Shown: one piece after another, positions 8,872-19,472 of the stretch
Position numbering within the stretch: position 1 is the first letter of the stretch
Layout of the letters: every line of letters begins with the position of its first letter
Source of the DNA: Candidatus Woesearchaeota archaeon
GTDB taxonomy: Archaea; Nanobdellota; Nanobdellia; Woesearchaeales; SKGA01
NCBI GenBank assembly: GCA_016926395.1
Contig: JAFGOT010000035.1
Span: 692-64,691 of the forward strand
Reading direction: 5' to 3'
Length of the DNA: 64,000 nucleotides
The notes under the pieces: model-generated
What the model saw: only the letters and a program-made list of their open reading frames with translations
Database searches by the model: none
Told to the model about the DNA's origin: nothing
Position numbers and translations under genes: made by a program

Positions 8872-9192
8872 ATGAAGGATAATAGATCTAGTACTCCACC
8901 AATTAATGTTGGCGATGAATATACTGGCAGAATCGATTCTGTAGGCGAAAAAGGCGATGGTATTTTTCGTGTAAAAGGCTTTGTTGTCTTTGTTCCAAAT
9001 GTAAAACGGGGCGACTTTGTAAAAGTTAAAATCACTAAAGTTTTAGCTAAAGTTTCTTTTGGTGAAGTAACTGAAAAAGTGGAGCCTCCAAAGAATGCTT
9101 TTGCTCCTCCTAAACCAAAAGAGGAAGATTTGTCTCATCTGTTAACTACTGCAGGAGATAGTGAAGACTTTGGCGAAGATGAAGAGGAGTAG
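8872..9192 (+). CDS. Stand-alone TRAM-domain RNA-binding protein
   Basis: PPINVGDEY...GEKGDGI.RVKGFVVFVP...GD.VKVKITKV, with an acidic tail. Confidence 0.92.
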   Translation: MKDNRSSTPPINVGDEYTGRIDSVGEKGDGIFRVKGFVVFVPNVKRGDFVKVKITKVLAKVSFGEVTEKVEPPKNAFAPPKPKEEDLSHLLTTAGDSEDFGEDEEE

Positions 9193-9284
9193 TAGTTCTT
9201 CTTCTGTTTTTCTCTTTATCTTGTTTTTGACAATAAATATATTTATAAATGAATTCGCGTTTTCTTCCTTTTATAACCTTAATC

Positions 9285-9374
9285 CAGACGACCAAGGAGA
9301 AATTCTGGCTAATGGCTAAAATCGTCTGAAATCGACTGCAAATGCGTCGTTGCACAAGGTAAGAATGGGTGCAA
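9285..9374 (+). ncRNA. Candidate structured 5' leader of rps2
   Basis: Stems CAGACGA(9285-9291)/TCGTCTG(9322-9328), CGAC/GTCG (9333-9349) and TTGCAC/GTGCAA (9350-9374) form a GC-rich island after a TTTATAAA box at about 9242. Confidence 0.5.
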
Positions 9375-9424
9375 GGGATTATTTCTCTATGCTTATTCAA
9401 TTTCAAAACAACGAGGAAATAAAA

Positions 9425-10033
9425 ATGTCTGAACAACAAGAAGAAAATTTTATCATTCCTAATGAAGATTACTTAAAAAGTGGTATTCACATTGGAACTA
9501 AATTTAGAACTAAATACATGGAAAATTTTGTTTACAAAACAAGACCTGACGGTTTATCTGTTTTAAACATTCAACAAATTGATGAACGTTTAGATGCAGC
9601 TGCTAATCTTTTAGCAAATTATGAACCTGAAGATATTATTGTTGTTTCTCGAAGAGAGAATGGTTGGAAACCTGTTAGAATGTTCGCAAAAGTTACTGGC
9701 TGTAAATTTTTTGCTGGACGTTACCCTCCTGGTATTTTGACTAACCCTCAATTAAAGAACTTTATTGAAGGAAAAGTTTTACTTGTTACTGATGCAGGTC
9801 CTGACAAAAACGCTGTTAAAGATGCATTAAATGTTGGACTTCCAATTATTGGTCTTTGTGACACTAACAATGTGGCTAACAACTTAGATTTAGTAATTCC
9901 TTGTAATAACAAAGGTAAAAAAAGTCTTGGTTTAATATTCTGGGTTTTGGCAAAACTTTACATGGAGAAAAAAGGTTTAACTAATAAAGGTCAAGCTTTT
10001 GAGTACACTATTGATAATTTTACTGAAGAATAA
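9425..10033 (+). CDS. rps2: 30S ribosomal protein uS2
   Basis: YLKSGIHIGTKF, RPDGL, GRYPPGILTNP, LCDTNN and IPCNNKG; ATG 9425 follows GAGG. Confidence 0.97.
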   Translation: MSEQQEENFIIPNEDYLKSGIHIGTKFRTKYMENFVYKTRPDGLSVLNIQQIDERLDAAANLLANYEPEDIIVVSRRENGWKPVRMFAKVTGCKFFAGRYPPGILTNPQLKNFIEGKVLLVTDAGPDKNAVKDALNVGLPIIGLCDTNNVANNLDLVIPCNNKGKKSLGLIFWVLAKLYMEKKGLTNKGQAFEYTIDNFTEE

Positions 10034-10051
10034 AAACTTCAGTCTTTTTTT

Positions 10052-10666
10052 TTAATTTATTTTTTCTAGAATTCTGTTTACTTCAATTAAGTTTTTAGCA
10101 TAATAGTTAGCTTTTACATCATTATTTTTTGATAAATATATTGTTATGCAACCTGCTTTTGTTCCTGCTTCTATACCTGCCTTTCCATCATCTATTACAA
10201 TACAGTCTTTTGGTTGTACTCCTATTTTTTTTGCTGCTTTGTATATCATTTCAGGATTTGGTTTTGGTCTATTTCTGCTTGTTGTTTGTATTGTTTTAAA
10301 ATATTTAGTTATATCATTAAGTCTCATAACTTTTTTTGCATATATGTTAGGCCCATTTGTTATTATTCCTAACGGAAATTTTTTACTCCATTTCTCTAAT
10401 ATTTTGGTTGCATTTGGAAGAGGTTTTATGTGTTTTATGTCTGTGAATGAGAAATGAATCACAGTAAATATTTTTGTCCAGAAATGTATTTTTATATTGT
10501 GGTTTTTCATCCACTTCATTACTTCTTCAATGGTTGTGGTTTCAAGCACGTGTTCTTCTTTTGGGGTTATTTTATAATACTTTTTGGTCATGTTAATTAA
10601 ATAATTATTTAGAACGTCGTGTGTGTTAATTAATGTGTTATCAAGATCAAATAGAATTGCCTTCAT
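10052..10666 (-). CDS. HAD-superfamily hydrolase/phosphatase
   Basis: Motif I FDLDNTL, ITN, KPNP and IDD..AGI. Start taken at MKAILF. Confidence 0.9.
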   Translation of the reverse strand: MKAILFDLDNTLINTHDVLNNYLINMTKKYYKITPKEEHVLETTTIEEVMKWMKNHNIKIHFWTKIFTVIHFSFTDIKHIKPLPNATKILEKWSKKFPLGIITNGPNIYAKKVMRLNDITKYFKTIQTTSRNRPKPNPEMIYKAAKKIGVQPKDCIVIDDGKAGIEAGTKAGCITIYLSKNNDVKANYYAKNLIEVNRILEKIN

Positions 10667-11363
10667 TTTTTTCCTCGGCATTTTCTTCTTTAACCTCTTC
10701 AATTCCTCTGTTTGTTATCTTAAATGTTATTTCCTTATTTTCTTCTATTGATCGGTGTTTTCTAATTATTGCTTTTCTATATCCTTCCTTTGTTTTTTTG
10801 AGTTCAATCAAACATTTGCTTTGATATTTCAATAAATCTCCGCCAACAATATTCACTTTGTCTTTTTGTTCAAAGTCACTATATACTTGATTTGTTATTA
10901 ATATTGGAATATTATTCTTTCTTGCTATTTCTGTTAGAAATGATAGTTGCATTCCAAGTTGTCTGTTAATTCCATAAATGTCTTTTGTTTGTCCTATTTC
11001 TAGTCTATATAACATTGCAATAGAATCAACAATTATAACACCTATATCGCTTGTTATTAATTTTCTTAGTTTATCAAAAGATTTTTTTTGTTCTTCAAAT
11101 GTTGTTGGTTTCAAAAAAATGATGTTCTTTAATGATTTCTTAAATTCATCTGTTATTTGTCTGAATCTCGATATTGAAAATGAACCTTCCGTATCTACGT
11201 AGATTACTTTTTTATCTGTGAATGCATTAGCGCATAGTAAACAAATGTTTGTTTTTCCGCTTCCAGCCGGACCATATATTGTTGTTATAACTTCTTTTTC
11301 ATAGCCGCCTTCTAAGAGCCAGTCAAGAACTTCGCTTCCTGTGGTTACTTTACTGTCGACCAT
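10647..11363 (-). CDS. radB: DNA repair protein RadB
   Basis: GPAGSGKT, YVDTEG, IVDS, TNQVY and the RadB-specific KHR motif; no N-terminal HhH domain. Confidence 0.95.
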   Translation of the reverse strand: MVDSKVTTGSEVLDWLLEGGYEKEVITTIYGPAGSGKTNICLLCANAFTDKKVIYVDTEGSFSISRFRQITDEFKKSLKNIIFLKPTTFEEQKKSFDKLRKLITSDIGVIIVDSIAMLYRLEIGQTKDIYGINRQLGMQLSFLTEIARKNNIPILITNQVYSDFEQKDKVNIVGGDLLKYQSKCLIELKKTKEGYRKAIIRKHRSIEENKEITFKITNRGIEEVKEENAEEKNEGNSI

Positions 11364-11365
11364 TC

Positions 11366-11761
11366 TTAACAACTCGTGATGCTTTCATGGAGGGACATCA
11401 GTCCTTGTTTTATGGTTTTATCTTCAATAATTTTAGAATGTGTTTTTGGATGGATTGTCCAGCTTTCATTGGTTTTTATATTCGCAAAGATAATTGTTAT
11501 TTCATCATTTTGTACTAATTGCCAGTTATCTGCTAGGAATTTCACATTTGCGGGTGTATTAAGGGTTACAAGAAATTTTCTACCTTCACATTTTTTTTCT
11601 TCCAGAAGACTATTTTTTAATTCTTCAGCAATACAGTATAGTTTATCTTCTTTTTTTTCGTGAACTAGTAGTTTTCCATCTAGTTCTTCAATAGATGTTA
11701 TCTGTCTTTTCATACAATCTTTAAACTTGATATAATGTTTGGCCCATTCTGCAAGATTCAT
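11366..11761 (-). CDS. Hypothetical protein
   Basis: Operonic ORF that overlaps its upstream neighbour; start taken at MNLAEW. Confidence 0.7.
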   Translation of the reverse strand: MNLAEWAKHYIKFKDCMKRQITSIEELDGKLLVHEKKEDKLYCIAEELKNSLLEEKKCEGRKFLVTLNTPANVKFLADNWQLVQNDEITIIFANIKTNESWTIHPKTHSKIIEDKTIKQGLMSLHESITSC

Positions 11762-12264
11762 TTTCTCTTTTTTTCCTCTAACCAAATAAAGATTCCATAC
11801 GGTAACAAGATACATATGCTAGAAACGACTGCCAATGCAAAAGGGTGCAATTCAACCGTTCTTCCAATTTCTTGAGCAGCTGTTCTTACTTGTTTTGACA
11901 TGATTATACTACTTATTATTGCAACAATAGGAATTATTACACTTACTGCTAAATGATGGTGTTTTTCTAAGTCTTCTATATCTTTTACGACTATTCCTGC
12001 AAATGTTCCAAACACCAAACCTACGATGCCTATTAAGATATGTGCTCCTGCAGGTTTAAGATATAACAGGAAAGGTTCTATTAGAAATGCCCCTCCTATT
12101 CCTATGCCAATGATGATTATGAATAAAAACCAGTACATTGCCTTCTCTAGGTGTTTATGTGTTGGTTGTTTATTTTCGTGAGCTTTACCTACGATTTTTT
12201 GAGCGTGTGCAATTTCTTCTTCGCTCCAGCCCTTTTCTCGTAGTGATTGCTCGTTAATCTTCAT
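11758..12264 (-). CDS. Hypothetical 4-TM membrane protein
   Basis: N-terminal LREKGWSEEEI followed by four hydrophobic segments. Confidence 0.75.
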   Translation of the reverse strand: MKINEQSLREKGWSEEEIAHAQKIVGKAHENKQPTHKHLEKAMYWFLFIIIIGIGIGGAFLIEPFLLYLKPAGAHILIGIVGLVFGTFAGIVVKDIEDLEKHHHLAVSVIIPIVAIISSIIMSKQVRTAAQEIGRTVELHPFALAVVSSICILLPYGIFIWLEEKKRK

Positions 12265-12305
12265 ATTTTTATTATTGCTAGCTTTTCCTTAAAAAACTTG
12301 CTTTT

Positions 12306-14786
12306 TTACTCTTCTTGTTCTTCTTCACTTATTACAACTGCACAACTTTTTACTTTATCTCCTTCTACAAGTCTCATAACTCTTAATCCTTGAGTATTAC
12401 GTCCTATTGTGCTAATTTGTGATGATGGAATTCTAACAATTATTCCTTTTTCAGAAATCATAAGAATGTCTTCGTTTCCTTGTATTCTTCTTACACTTGC
12501 TACTTTTCCATTTCTTTCGCTACAGATTATGTTTCTTACTCCTTTTCCTCCTCTGTTAATCAGTCTATATTCACTAATTGGAGTTCTTTTTCCATATCCG
12601 TTCTCGGTAACTGTTAAAATTGTTTCTTCTTCTTTTGCAAGTATCATTCCTACAACGTTGTCATTTTTCGCAAGAGTTATGCCTCTAACTCCTCTGCTCG
12701 TTCTTCCTATTGGTCTTGCATCTTGTTCATTAAATTTAACTGCTTGTCCATTTTCAGATGCAATAAGAATTTGATCTTTTCCGCTTGTCTTTAGTACTTT
12801 TATGACTTTGTCTCCGTCATCAAGTGTTATTCCTATTATTCCATTTGTTCTTGGTCTAGAGTATGCTTCAAGACTTGTTTTTTTGACGATTCCTTTTTTT
12901 GTAACCATCATTAAATATTCGTCTTCTCTAAATTCTTCTACAGGGATGACTGCTGCAACTTTTTCACCTTGTTGCAGGTTTACTAGGTTGATTAGTGGTT
13001 TACCTTTTGCTTGTCTTGTTCCTTCAGGTATTTTATACACCTTTAGCCAATGTGCTTGTCCTCTGTCTGTAAATATTAATAGGTATGAATGAGTGTTTGC
13101 AATGAATAGATGTTCGATTATATCTTCTTCTTTCATGCTTGCTCCAATGACTCCTTTTCCTCCTCTATTTTGTAATTTGTATGTGTCTATTGGAAGTCTT
13201 TTAGCATATCCTGTTTGAGTGATGTTTACGACTTGGTTTTCTCTTACGATTAAATCTTCAAAATCAATATCATCATCTTCTCCTTCAATTATTTGCGTTT
13301 TTCTTTCATCGCCATATAATTCTTTTACTTCAATTAATTCTTGTCTTATTATTTCTTTAACCTTGTCTGTGCTTTCAAGGATTGATTTTAATTCTGCAAT
13401 GTTTTCAACTAGTCCTTTGTGTTCTTCTCTGATTTTATCTTGTTCAAGACCTGTTAGTTTTTGTAACTTCATATCAAGAATTGCTTGTGCTTGTTCTTCT
13501 GAGAAGTCATACTTTTCAATTAACTCATCTTTTGCAATTTGTGCCGAATCTGCTGCTTTAATTAATGTAATTATTGGATCAATGTGGTCTAATGCTTTAG
13601 TTAGTCCTTCTAATAAGTGCGCTTTTTTCTCTGCTTTCGCCAAGTCATATTTTGTTCTTCTTGTGACAACTTCTTTTCGATGTTTTATGAATTCACTAAG
13701 CATGTCTTTTAGACCTAGAATTTTTGGTTCTCCGTTAACTATGCTCAAGAAAATAATTCCTGTTCCTATTTGTAGTCTTGAGTGTTTTAATAATTGATTT
13801 TTTACGACTTCTATGTTTGCGTCTCTTTTTAATTCGATGACAATTCGCATTCCAGTTCTATCACTTTCATCTCTTAAGTCGCTGATTCCTTCTATTCTTT
13901 TATCTCTAACAGCGTCAGCTATTTGTTCTATAAGTGATGCTTTATTCACTTGATACGGGATTTCAGTAACGATAATTGCAGTTCTGTTTCTGATTTCTTC
14001 TTCATGCATTACTGCTTTTACTTTTATTTTTCCACGTCCTGTTAAGTATGCTTGTTTTATTCCTGATGTTCCTTGTATTATTGCGCCTGTTGGAAAATCA
14101 GGACCTTTTACTATTTCTATTAAATCGTTAATTTCAGTTTCTTCTCCATTTTCAAGAAGATGAATTGTTCCATCGACAACTTCTTTTAAGTTATGTGGTG
14201 GGATGTTTGTTGCCATTCCAACTGCAATTCCACTAGATCCATTCACTAATAAATTAGGAATTCTTGTTGGAAGAACAACTGGTTCTTCTAAACTTTCATC
14301 AAAGTTAGGTCTCATATCAACTGTTTCTTTGTCAATATCTGCTAAGATGCTATTTGATATTTTTTCAAGTTTAGCTTCTGTATAACGCATTGCTGCGGGA
14401 CTATCTCCATCTACACTTCCAAAGTTTCCTTGACCTTTAATTAGGGGATATCTTAACGAAAACTCCTGAGCCATACGAACTAAACTATCATAAACTGCAG
14501 TATCTCCGTGAGGGTGATATTTACCTAATACTTCCCCAACAATTCTCGCACTTTTTTTGAACGATTTGTTATGTGTTAGACCCATTTCGTTCATGGCATG
14601 CATTATTCTTCGATGGACTGGTTTTAACCCATCTCTTACGTCTGGTAATGCTCGTCCGATGATTACGGACATAGAATAATCCAAATAAGCAGTCTTCATT
14701 TCGTCTTCAATTACTGCTATTTTTATGTTTTCTTTAGGTACATTTTGACCCATATTTTGTTCCTGAGAATTGTTATTGTCTGCCAT
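12306..14786 (-). CDS. gyrA: DNA gyrase subunit A
   Basis: [22 protein letters not shown], catalytic AAMRYTE, GyrA-box QNRGGKG and C-terminal pinwheel repeats. Confidence 0.98.
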   Translation of the reverse strand: MADNNNSQEQNMGQNVPKENIKIAVIEDEMKTAYLDYSMSVIIGRALPDVRDGLKPVHRRIMHAMNEMGLTHNKSFKKSARIVGEVLGKYHPHGDTAVYDSLVRMAQEFSLRYPLIKGQGNFGSVDGDSPAAMRYTEAKLEKISNSILADIDKETVDMRPNFDESLEEPVVLPTRIPNLLVNGSSGIAVGMATNIPPHNLKEVVDGTIHLLENGEETEINDLIEIVKGPDFPTGAIIQGTSGIKQAYLTGRGKIKVKAVMHEEEIRNRTAIIVTEIPYQVNKASLIEQIADAVRDKRIEGISDLRDESDRTGMRIVIELKRDANIEVVKNQLLKHSRLQIGTGIIFLSIVNGEPKILGLKDMLSEFIKHRKEVVTRRTKYDLAKAEKKAHLLEGLTKALDHIDPIITLIKAADSAQIAKDELIEKYDFSEEQAQAILDMKLQKLTGLEQDKIREEHKGLVENIAELKSILESTDKVKEIIRQELIEVKELYGDERKTQIIEGEDDDIDFEDLIVRENQVVNITQTGYAKRLPIDTYKLQNRGGKGVIGASMKEEDIIEHLFIANTHSYLLIFTDRGQAHWLKVYKIPEGTRQAKGKPLINLVNLQQGEKVAAVIPVEEFREDEYLMMVTKKGIVKKTSLEAYSRPRTNGIIGITLDDGDKVIKVLKTSGKDQILIASENGQAVKFNEQDARPIGRTSRGVRGITLAKNDNVVGMILAKEEETILTVTENGYGKRTPISEYRLINRGGKGVRNIICSERNGKVASVRRIQGNEDILMISEKGIIVRIPSSQISTIGRNTQGLRVMRLVEGDKVKSCAVVISEEEQEE

Positions 14787-14949
14787 TTTTTTATATGCTT
14801 AATAATTAACCATTATTGTTCTTTGTTACAAGCTCAATAATTGAAAAATTATTGCTGTCTACCACGTAATTTTGGACACAATAGTGCTTTATAAGTATTA
14901 CGTATTTAGCCCATTTTAAGGGGTTTTTAACTCTTTTTTTAGAACTTTT

Positions 14950-15087
14950 TTATTCAACGATTCGTTCACGGTTTATTGTAAAGCTAAAGCCGCAATAAAC
15001 GCATTTTTTAACCTTTCCAATCGCACTTCCTTTTAGCTGCTGATATTTCATGCTTTGTCTGCATTTTGGGCATCTAAGAATTAACAT
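14950..15087 (-). CDS. Small zinc-ribbon protein (45 aa)
   Basis: CPKC...CVYCG; ATG at 15087 lies just downstream of scpB. Confidence 0.75.
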   Translation of the reverse strand: MLILRCPKCRQSMKYQQLKGSAIGKVKKCVYCGFSFTINRERIVE

Positions 15088-15091
15088 TTTT

Positions 15092-16012
15092 TTAAAGAAG
15101 ATCTTCCTCTTCTTCCTCTTCTTGTCCTGAGACAAATTTTTCAAGTTCTTCTAAAGGGTTTTCATTGTCTTCCTTTAGTTTTCTTTCTTTTTCTTTTTCT
15201 TCATCCATTGCTTTTTTTACATCATCAAGACTGGTTGTTGTGGCATCAATTGTTTTTTGTTCTTTTTCAAGTTCTGGATGAGTGTTTCTTTGAGGAAGTT
15301 CATGGCCGTCCACTCTTTTTGATACTTCTGATAAATTTAGTTCCATACGTTTTAGAAAATCTTGTTCTTCAGCTAATTCTTCAGGTGTTCTTTTTGCCGT
15401 TTTTGGTTCAATATCTATTATTTCTAGATCCCCAATAGTCTGGGTGTTTTCTTCTTCGCTATCTTTTTCTAAATCAACTATTTTTAAATTTCCTAATTTT
15501 TCTTGGTGTGCATTTCTAAGTTGTTTGAAAACATCTTTAATATCTTCATCTCCTTCAACATCAAAGTAATTATAGAATTTATCTGTTATTTTTAGAATAT
15601 AACTTCGTCCTTCTTCTTCTTTTGTAATTAATTTTTGTTTTACTAGAACTTTTATGTGATCGTAAGCGCCTTGGCCTCTCATGTGGATTATGTCTGATTG
15701 TAAAACTGGACTTTTATATGCCACAACTGCTAATGTTTTCAAAATTGGTTTTGGAAGTTCTGTTTCACTTACTATTTTTTGGATGTCATTTGTATATTTT
15801 CCAATGACTGATAATTTCCATTTAGATTCTACTTCCGTGATTGCTAAACTAGTGTCTCTTTTTTCGTAGTCTTCTTGTAATTCTTGGAGCGCTTTTTTTA
15901 CTTCTTTTGGTTTTGAGCTAGTGAACTCTACTAAATCTGTTTCACTCACTCCTTTTCCTGAAGCAAAAAGTATTGCTTCAAGTCTATTTTTTAATTCACT
16001 CATTTTAAACAA
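15092..16012 (-). CDS. scpB: SMC-Scp complex subunit ScpB with acidic C-terminal extension
   Basis: LEAILFASG, LKTLAVVAYKSP, IIHMRG and TDKFYNYF. Confidence 0.92.
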   Translation of the reverse strand: MFKMSELKNRLEAILFASGKGVSETDLVEFTSSKPKEVKKALQELQEDYEKRDTSLAITEVESKWKLSVIGKYTNDIQKIVSETELPKPILKTLAVVAYKSPVLQSDIIHMRGQGAYDHIKVLVKQKLITKEEEGRSYILKITDKFYNYFDVEGDEDIKDVFKQLRNAHQEKLGNLKIVDLEKDSEEENTQTIGDLEIIDIEPKTAKRTPEELAEEQDFLKRMELNLSEVSKRVDGHELPQRNTHPELEKEQKTIDATTTSLDDVKKAMDEEKEKERKLKEDNENPLEELEKFVSGQEEEEEEDLL

Positions 16013-16595
16013 GATAAAAACTATTTCCTTCTTTCTTAATTTTTTTCTCTTTTAGAAGTGCATCTAAGAATTTTTGTGTATGCTCATCACTCATTCCAAT
16101 TTTTTGAGATACTGTTCCGATTTCAGCTCCTTCACGTAAGACTAAGAGAATTGCATTTCTAGTCATTGAGTTAAAATTTCTAATTAATGTTTCCGTTTGA
16201 CTTCTAACTGCTTTTTGAATCATTCCCATTTCGTGAAGTCTTGCTAATAGATCATTCATCCAGTGTGTTATTTCTCTTTGTTCAACTGTGATTGTTGCAG
16301 GCTCGATAACTTCTATGCTTGCCGGTGTAAAGTTTATTGCAAGCCAGGTTAATTTGTCCATGTTTTCAAGCAACATTTCTACTTCTGCAATTGTTGAGAA
16401 TAAATCTTCGCCAGCGTCTTCTGCTGGTTCATACTCTTCTTTAATTACTTTAATTTCTTCGTTAGTTTTGATGTTTGCAACATATGCTTTGATAGTTTCT
16501 TCCACATGTTTTTGTGGCTTTCCAACAATTTCAAATATTACAGAAACACGAATGTAGCCTTTTTCCACATACTCTTTAATTTCTTTTTCGTTCAT
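16005..16595 (-). CDS. Conserved archaeal-type hypothetical protein with C-terminal wHTH-like segment
   Basis: IFEIVGKP..HVE and FTPASIEVIEP motifs; overlaps scpB. Confidence 0.7.
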   Translation of the reverse strand: MNEKEIKEYVEKGYIRVSVIFEIVGKPQKHVEETIKAYVANIKTNEEIKVIKEEYEPAEDAGEDLFSTIAEVEMLLENMDKLTWLAINFTPASIEVIEPATITVEQREITHWMNDLLARLHEMGMIQKAVRSQTETLIRNFNSMTRNAILLVLREGAEIGTVSQKIGMSDEHTQKFLDALLKEKKIKKEGNSFYLV

Positions 16596-16633
16596 AATAT
16601 TGGCCTTTATGTTTTTCTCAAATGACTAAACAA

Positions 16634-17959
16634 CTATTTTTTTATAAACTTATCGATGAGTTGTTTTGGCCCATAACTTATGAGCCTTCCAAAAAACATG
16701 CTTATAAGGGCTGTAAGTATAATTACAGTTGTTGTTTTCTCTTTTTTTAAATTGGTGCTGTAGGCACTAGTTTTTCCAGTAATTTGTATTTCTTTTTCCT
16801 CAATAATTGAGCTTGTATTGATTGTTTTTTTAACTTGTTTTTCTTCTTTTTTATCTTCTTCTTTTTCTAGTTTATTTTCTTTGTTGTTTTCTTTTTCTTC
16901 TTTGTTAATTTCTTCTTTTTGTATTGTGTTAATTTCTATTTTGTCTTGTTTATCTAATCCTTCACAAATAATTGTGGTTTTATTTTTCCATTTGTTTTTA
17001 GGTTGGATTGTGGTGGTTAAAACAATTCCCTCATCTTGGTTATTGATTTTTATTTTTATTTCGTCGCTACTTTTTTTATTGTCTGTTTGTGTATAACAAT
17101 ATGTTGTTGTTTTTTTTGTAGTTCCTCTATATATCTCTATTTCTAAGTTTATTTTCTCATCATCATATCCAACTTCGTTAATCTTAATTATTGATTCTTG
17201 GTTTTTGTTTACTGTATCTGTAACTCCAAGCATTACTGTTTTTTCTTCTTCATCTGTTTTTGCTATTAAAAAATATATTTTGTCACTTTCATCTTGTTCT
17301 TTGAAGGTGTATGTTTTTTGATTGTCATTAGTTGTTGTGTATTTTTCTTTAACCATTGTGCCTTTAGAATCTTCGATCCAATATGTTATTGGTTTTGTGT
17401 TGTTGATAAAATTAAACTCTAATTTTTCTCCTACCAAAAAGAATTTTTTGTTTATGTTTATTATTGTTTTCTCTCTATTGTTATTTTGTTGTGTTGTGTT
17501 TTCTTCAGATTCGTTTTTTTCTTCTGTTTTATTATTAATGCTGGTGTTTATTTCTGTTTTATTGATTGTTTGACTTGTAGCATTAAACTCAGAAAAATTA
17601 TTTTTTGAACAATTACTTTTAATACTCCATTCTAATGTTTGATTATTAATTAAAAAGCGTAAACTATTTTCTTTACTTTCTATGTTATTTATTTCTCCCG
17701 TGTTTGTTTGAGTATATTTTTTTATTTCTTTATTGATGTTCTTTGTTTGATTGTTCCACGCTTGAATATATTTTATTGTTGTAGAATTATCTCCTGTGCT
17801 ATAATTCAGATTAGTTATCTTGAAAACTGTTGTTGTGTTCTCACAACTGTTGTTGTTAATTAATGAGATAATTTCGTATGTGTTGCTTTCAAACATTACT
17901 TCATATGCATTTACTGACGACACCATAAAAATAAACAGCATTATCCAAATAATTTTCAT
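16634..17959 (-). CDS. Secreted, membrane-anchored Asn/Lys-rich surface protein
   Basis: Signal peptide (SSVNA), many N-x-S/T sequons, ITG motif and a C-terminal TM. Confidence 0.7.
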   Translation of the reverse strand: MKIIWIMLFIFMVSSVNAYEVMFESNTYEIISLINNNSCENTTTVFKITNLNYSTGDNSTTIKYIQAWNNQTKNINKEIKKYTQTNTGEINNIESKENSLRFLINNQTLEWSIKSNCSKNNFSEFNATSQTINKTEINTSINNKTEEKNESEENTTQQNNNREKTIININKKFFLVGEKLEFNFINNTKPITYWIEDSKGTMVKEKYTTTNDNQKTYTFKEQDESDKIYFLIAKTDEEEKTVMLGVTDTVNKNQESIIKINEVGYDDEKINLEIEIYRGTTKKTTTYCYTQTDNKKSSDEIKIKINNQDEGIVLTTTIQPKNKWKNKTTIICEGLDKQDKIEINTIQKEEINKEEKENNKENKLEKEEDKKEEKQVKKTINTSSIIEEKEIQITGKTSAYSTNLKKEKTTTVIILTALISMFFGRLISYGPKQLIDKFIKK

Positions 17960-18098
17960 ATTTTTGTTCTTTTGTCCTTTTATTTATTTGTTTGACCTCG
18001 CTTTTTTCGAAAGTTTTTCATTTGTTGTATCTCTTGAGGGGTTAGAAAGATTTTAATAAGTATTTTTTCCCTTATTCAGGTGAAAAGAGGTTTTTATA

Positions 18099-18806
18099 GT
18101 GGGATTTCTAGGTTTAGGGAAGAAAAAAAGCAAAACAGTGGCATCGAATGCATTAGAGACTCTTCCAAACATGCCTTCTTCACCTGCAAGTCAGCCACCA
18201 ATACCCGATGTTCCTACTCCTGTTCCTCTTGAAGTAACTTCTGATTTACTTAATAATACTTCTACGTCCATTCCTGTTCCTGAAAATTCCTCTCCTGATG
18301 AACTTTCTTCATCACAAGAACCCGTTCCTACTAACAACGAACTCGTTTCTGATACAAAAGAAACTCTAAGTTTACCTGATACTCCTGATGAGTCTTCTTT
18401 TGACGATCTTCCTGATTTTTCCGAGGATGATTTTTCCGCTCCTCCTCCACCAAGTTTGGTGTCTGATGAGAAACCAGTTGTAACCCAAGAGCCAAAAAAG
18501 ATAATTTCCAATAATAAAACTAGCTTATTTGCTCCTGCTGTTAGCGAATCTAAATCTTCAAGTCCTTTATTTTTTAGTAGTTCTTACGCAGCTTCCCAAG
18601 GAGTTTTTGTAGCTAGAGCTTCTTACATTTCATTATTAAATTCATTAAAAGAATCTTCAAAAAATGTTGCTTTACTATCAAATAGACAAAAGCATTTAAT
18701 TGATTTTGATAATTCAATGAAAAAATTATTTGACAAAGAATCTGATGCTTTTGAAAAGCTTCATAAAGATATTTTGGCAATCATGCCTTATGTTTCAAAA
18801 AAATAG
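18099..18806 (+). CDS. Pro/Ser/acidic disordered protein with C-terminal coiled coil
   Basis: GAGG SD before GTG; low-complexity middle; helical C-terminus. Confidence 0.7.
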   Translation: MGFLGLGKKKSKTVASNALETLPNMPSSPASQPPIPDVPTPVPLEVTSDLLNNTSTSIPVPENSSPDELSSSQEPVPTNNELVSDTKETLSLPDTPDESSFDDLPDFSEDDFSAPPPPSLVSDEKPVVTQEPKKIISNNKTSLFAPAVSESKSSSPLFFSSSYAASQGVFVARASYISLLNSLKESSKNVALLSNRQKHLIDFDNSMKKLFDKESDAFEKLHKDILAIMPYVSKK

Positions 18807-18815
18807 GTGTTATAG

Positions 18816-19040
18816 ATGGAAAAATCCCCTTTATTTGTAAAAGTTGAAGAATATGATCAAATACTTGATGTTGTTGATAAAATTAAGGAAAGAATTTCTT
18901 CAGTTCATGAAACTCTTTCTGAAATTAAACAACTAAGATCTGAAGAAGAACGAGCTATAGCTGACTGGGAAACTGGCGTAGCTCAAGTTGAAAAACGACT
19001 TGCAGAAGTTGATAAAATACTTTTTGAACCAGAGCAGTAA
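18816..19040 (+). CDS. Small coiled-coil protein
   Basis: PLFVKVEEY followed by heptads; operonic. Confidence 0.75.
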   Translation: MEKSPLFVKVEEYDQILDVVDKIKERISSVHETLSEIKQLRSEEERAIADWETGVAQVEKRLAEVDKILFEPEQ

Positions 19041-19043
19041 AAA

Positions 19044-19412
19044 ATGAATGAAGATTATTTTGTAAGTATTGCGGATCCTGTCTTTTTAGAGAAGTCTTTA
19101 CTTTCAGATGTTAAAGCGTCTATTGAATTTTCCATCATCAACCAAAAAATCCAAGATATTAAAATAAAAAAAGCAACTCTTTTTAACACTCTTAAATCCG
19201 ATCTTGATTCTATTTCAGCTTTATTGACTGAACTTGACGAAAAACTTCCTCATAAAGATTTGTTAATTCCTGAAAAACCAAAACCTGTTTCTAAATCATC
19301 CACTTCAAAGAAGAAAGCAGCTGTTAAGAAAGTATCAACTTCAATTTCTAAACTTGATAAATTAAATCATTCTTTAGCGGAGATTGAGCGGAGACTTAAG
19401 GATTTGTCCTAG
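19044..19412 (+). CDS. Coiled-coil protein
   Basis: YFVSI..P followed by heptads, a Lys/Ser linker and a C-terminal LAEIERRLKDL. Confidence 0.75.
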   Translation: MNEDYFVSIADPVFLEKSLLSDVKASIEFSIINQKIQDIKIKKATLFNTLKSDLDSISALLTELDEKLPHKDLLIPEKPKPVSKSSTSKKKAAVKKVSTSISKLDKLNHSLAEIERRLKDLS

Positions 19413-19472
19413 ATTTATTTGGTTAATTTTTTAAATGCTTCATCCTTCCTAGAATTTACGCTCCAATGTCAC

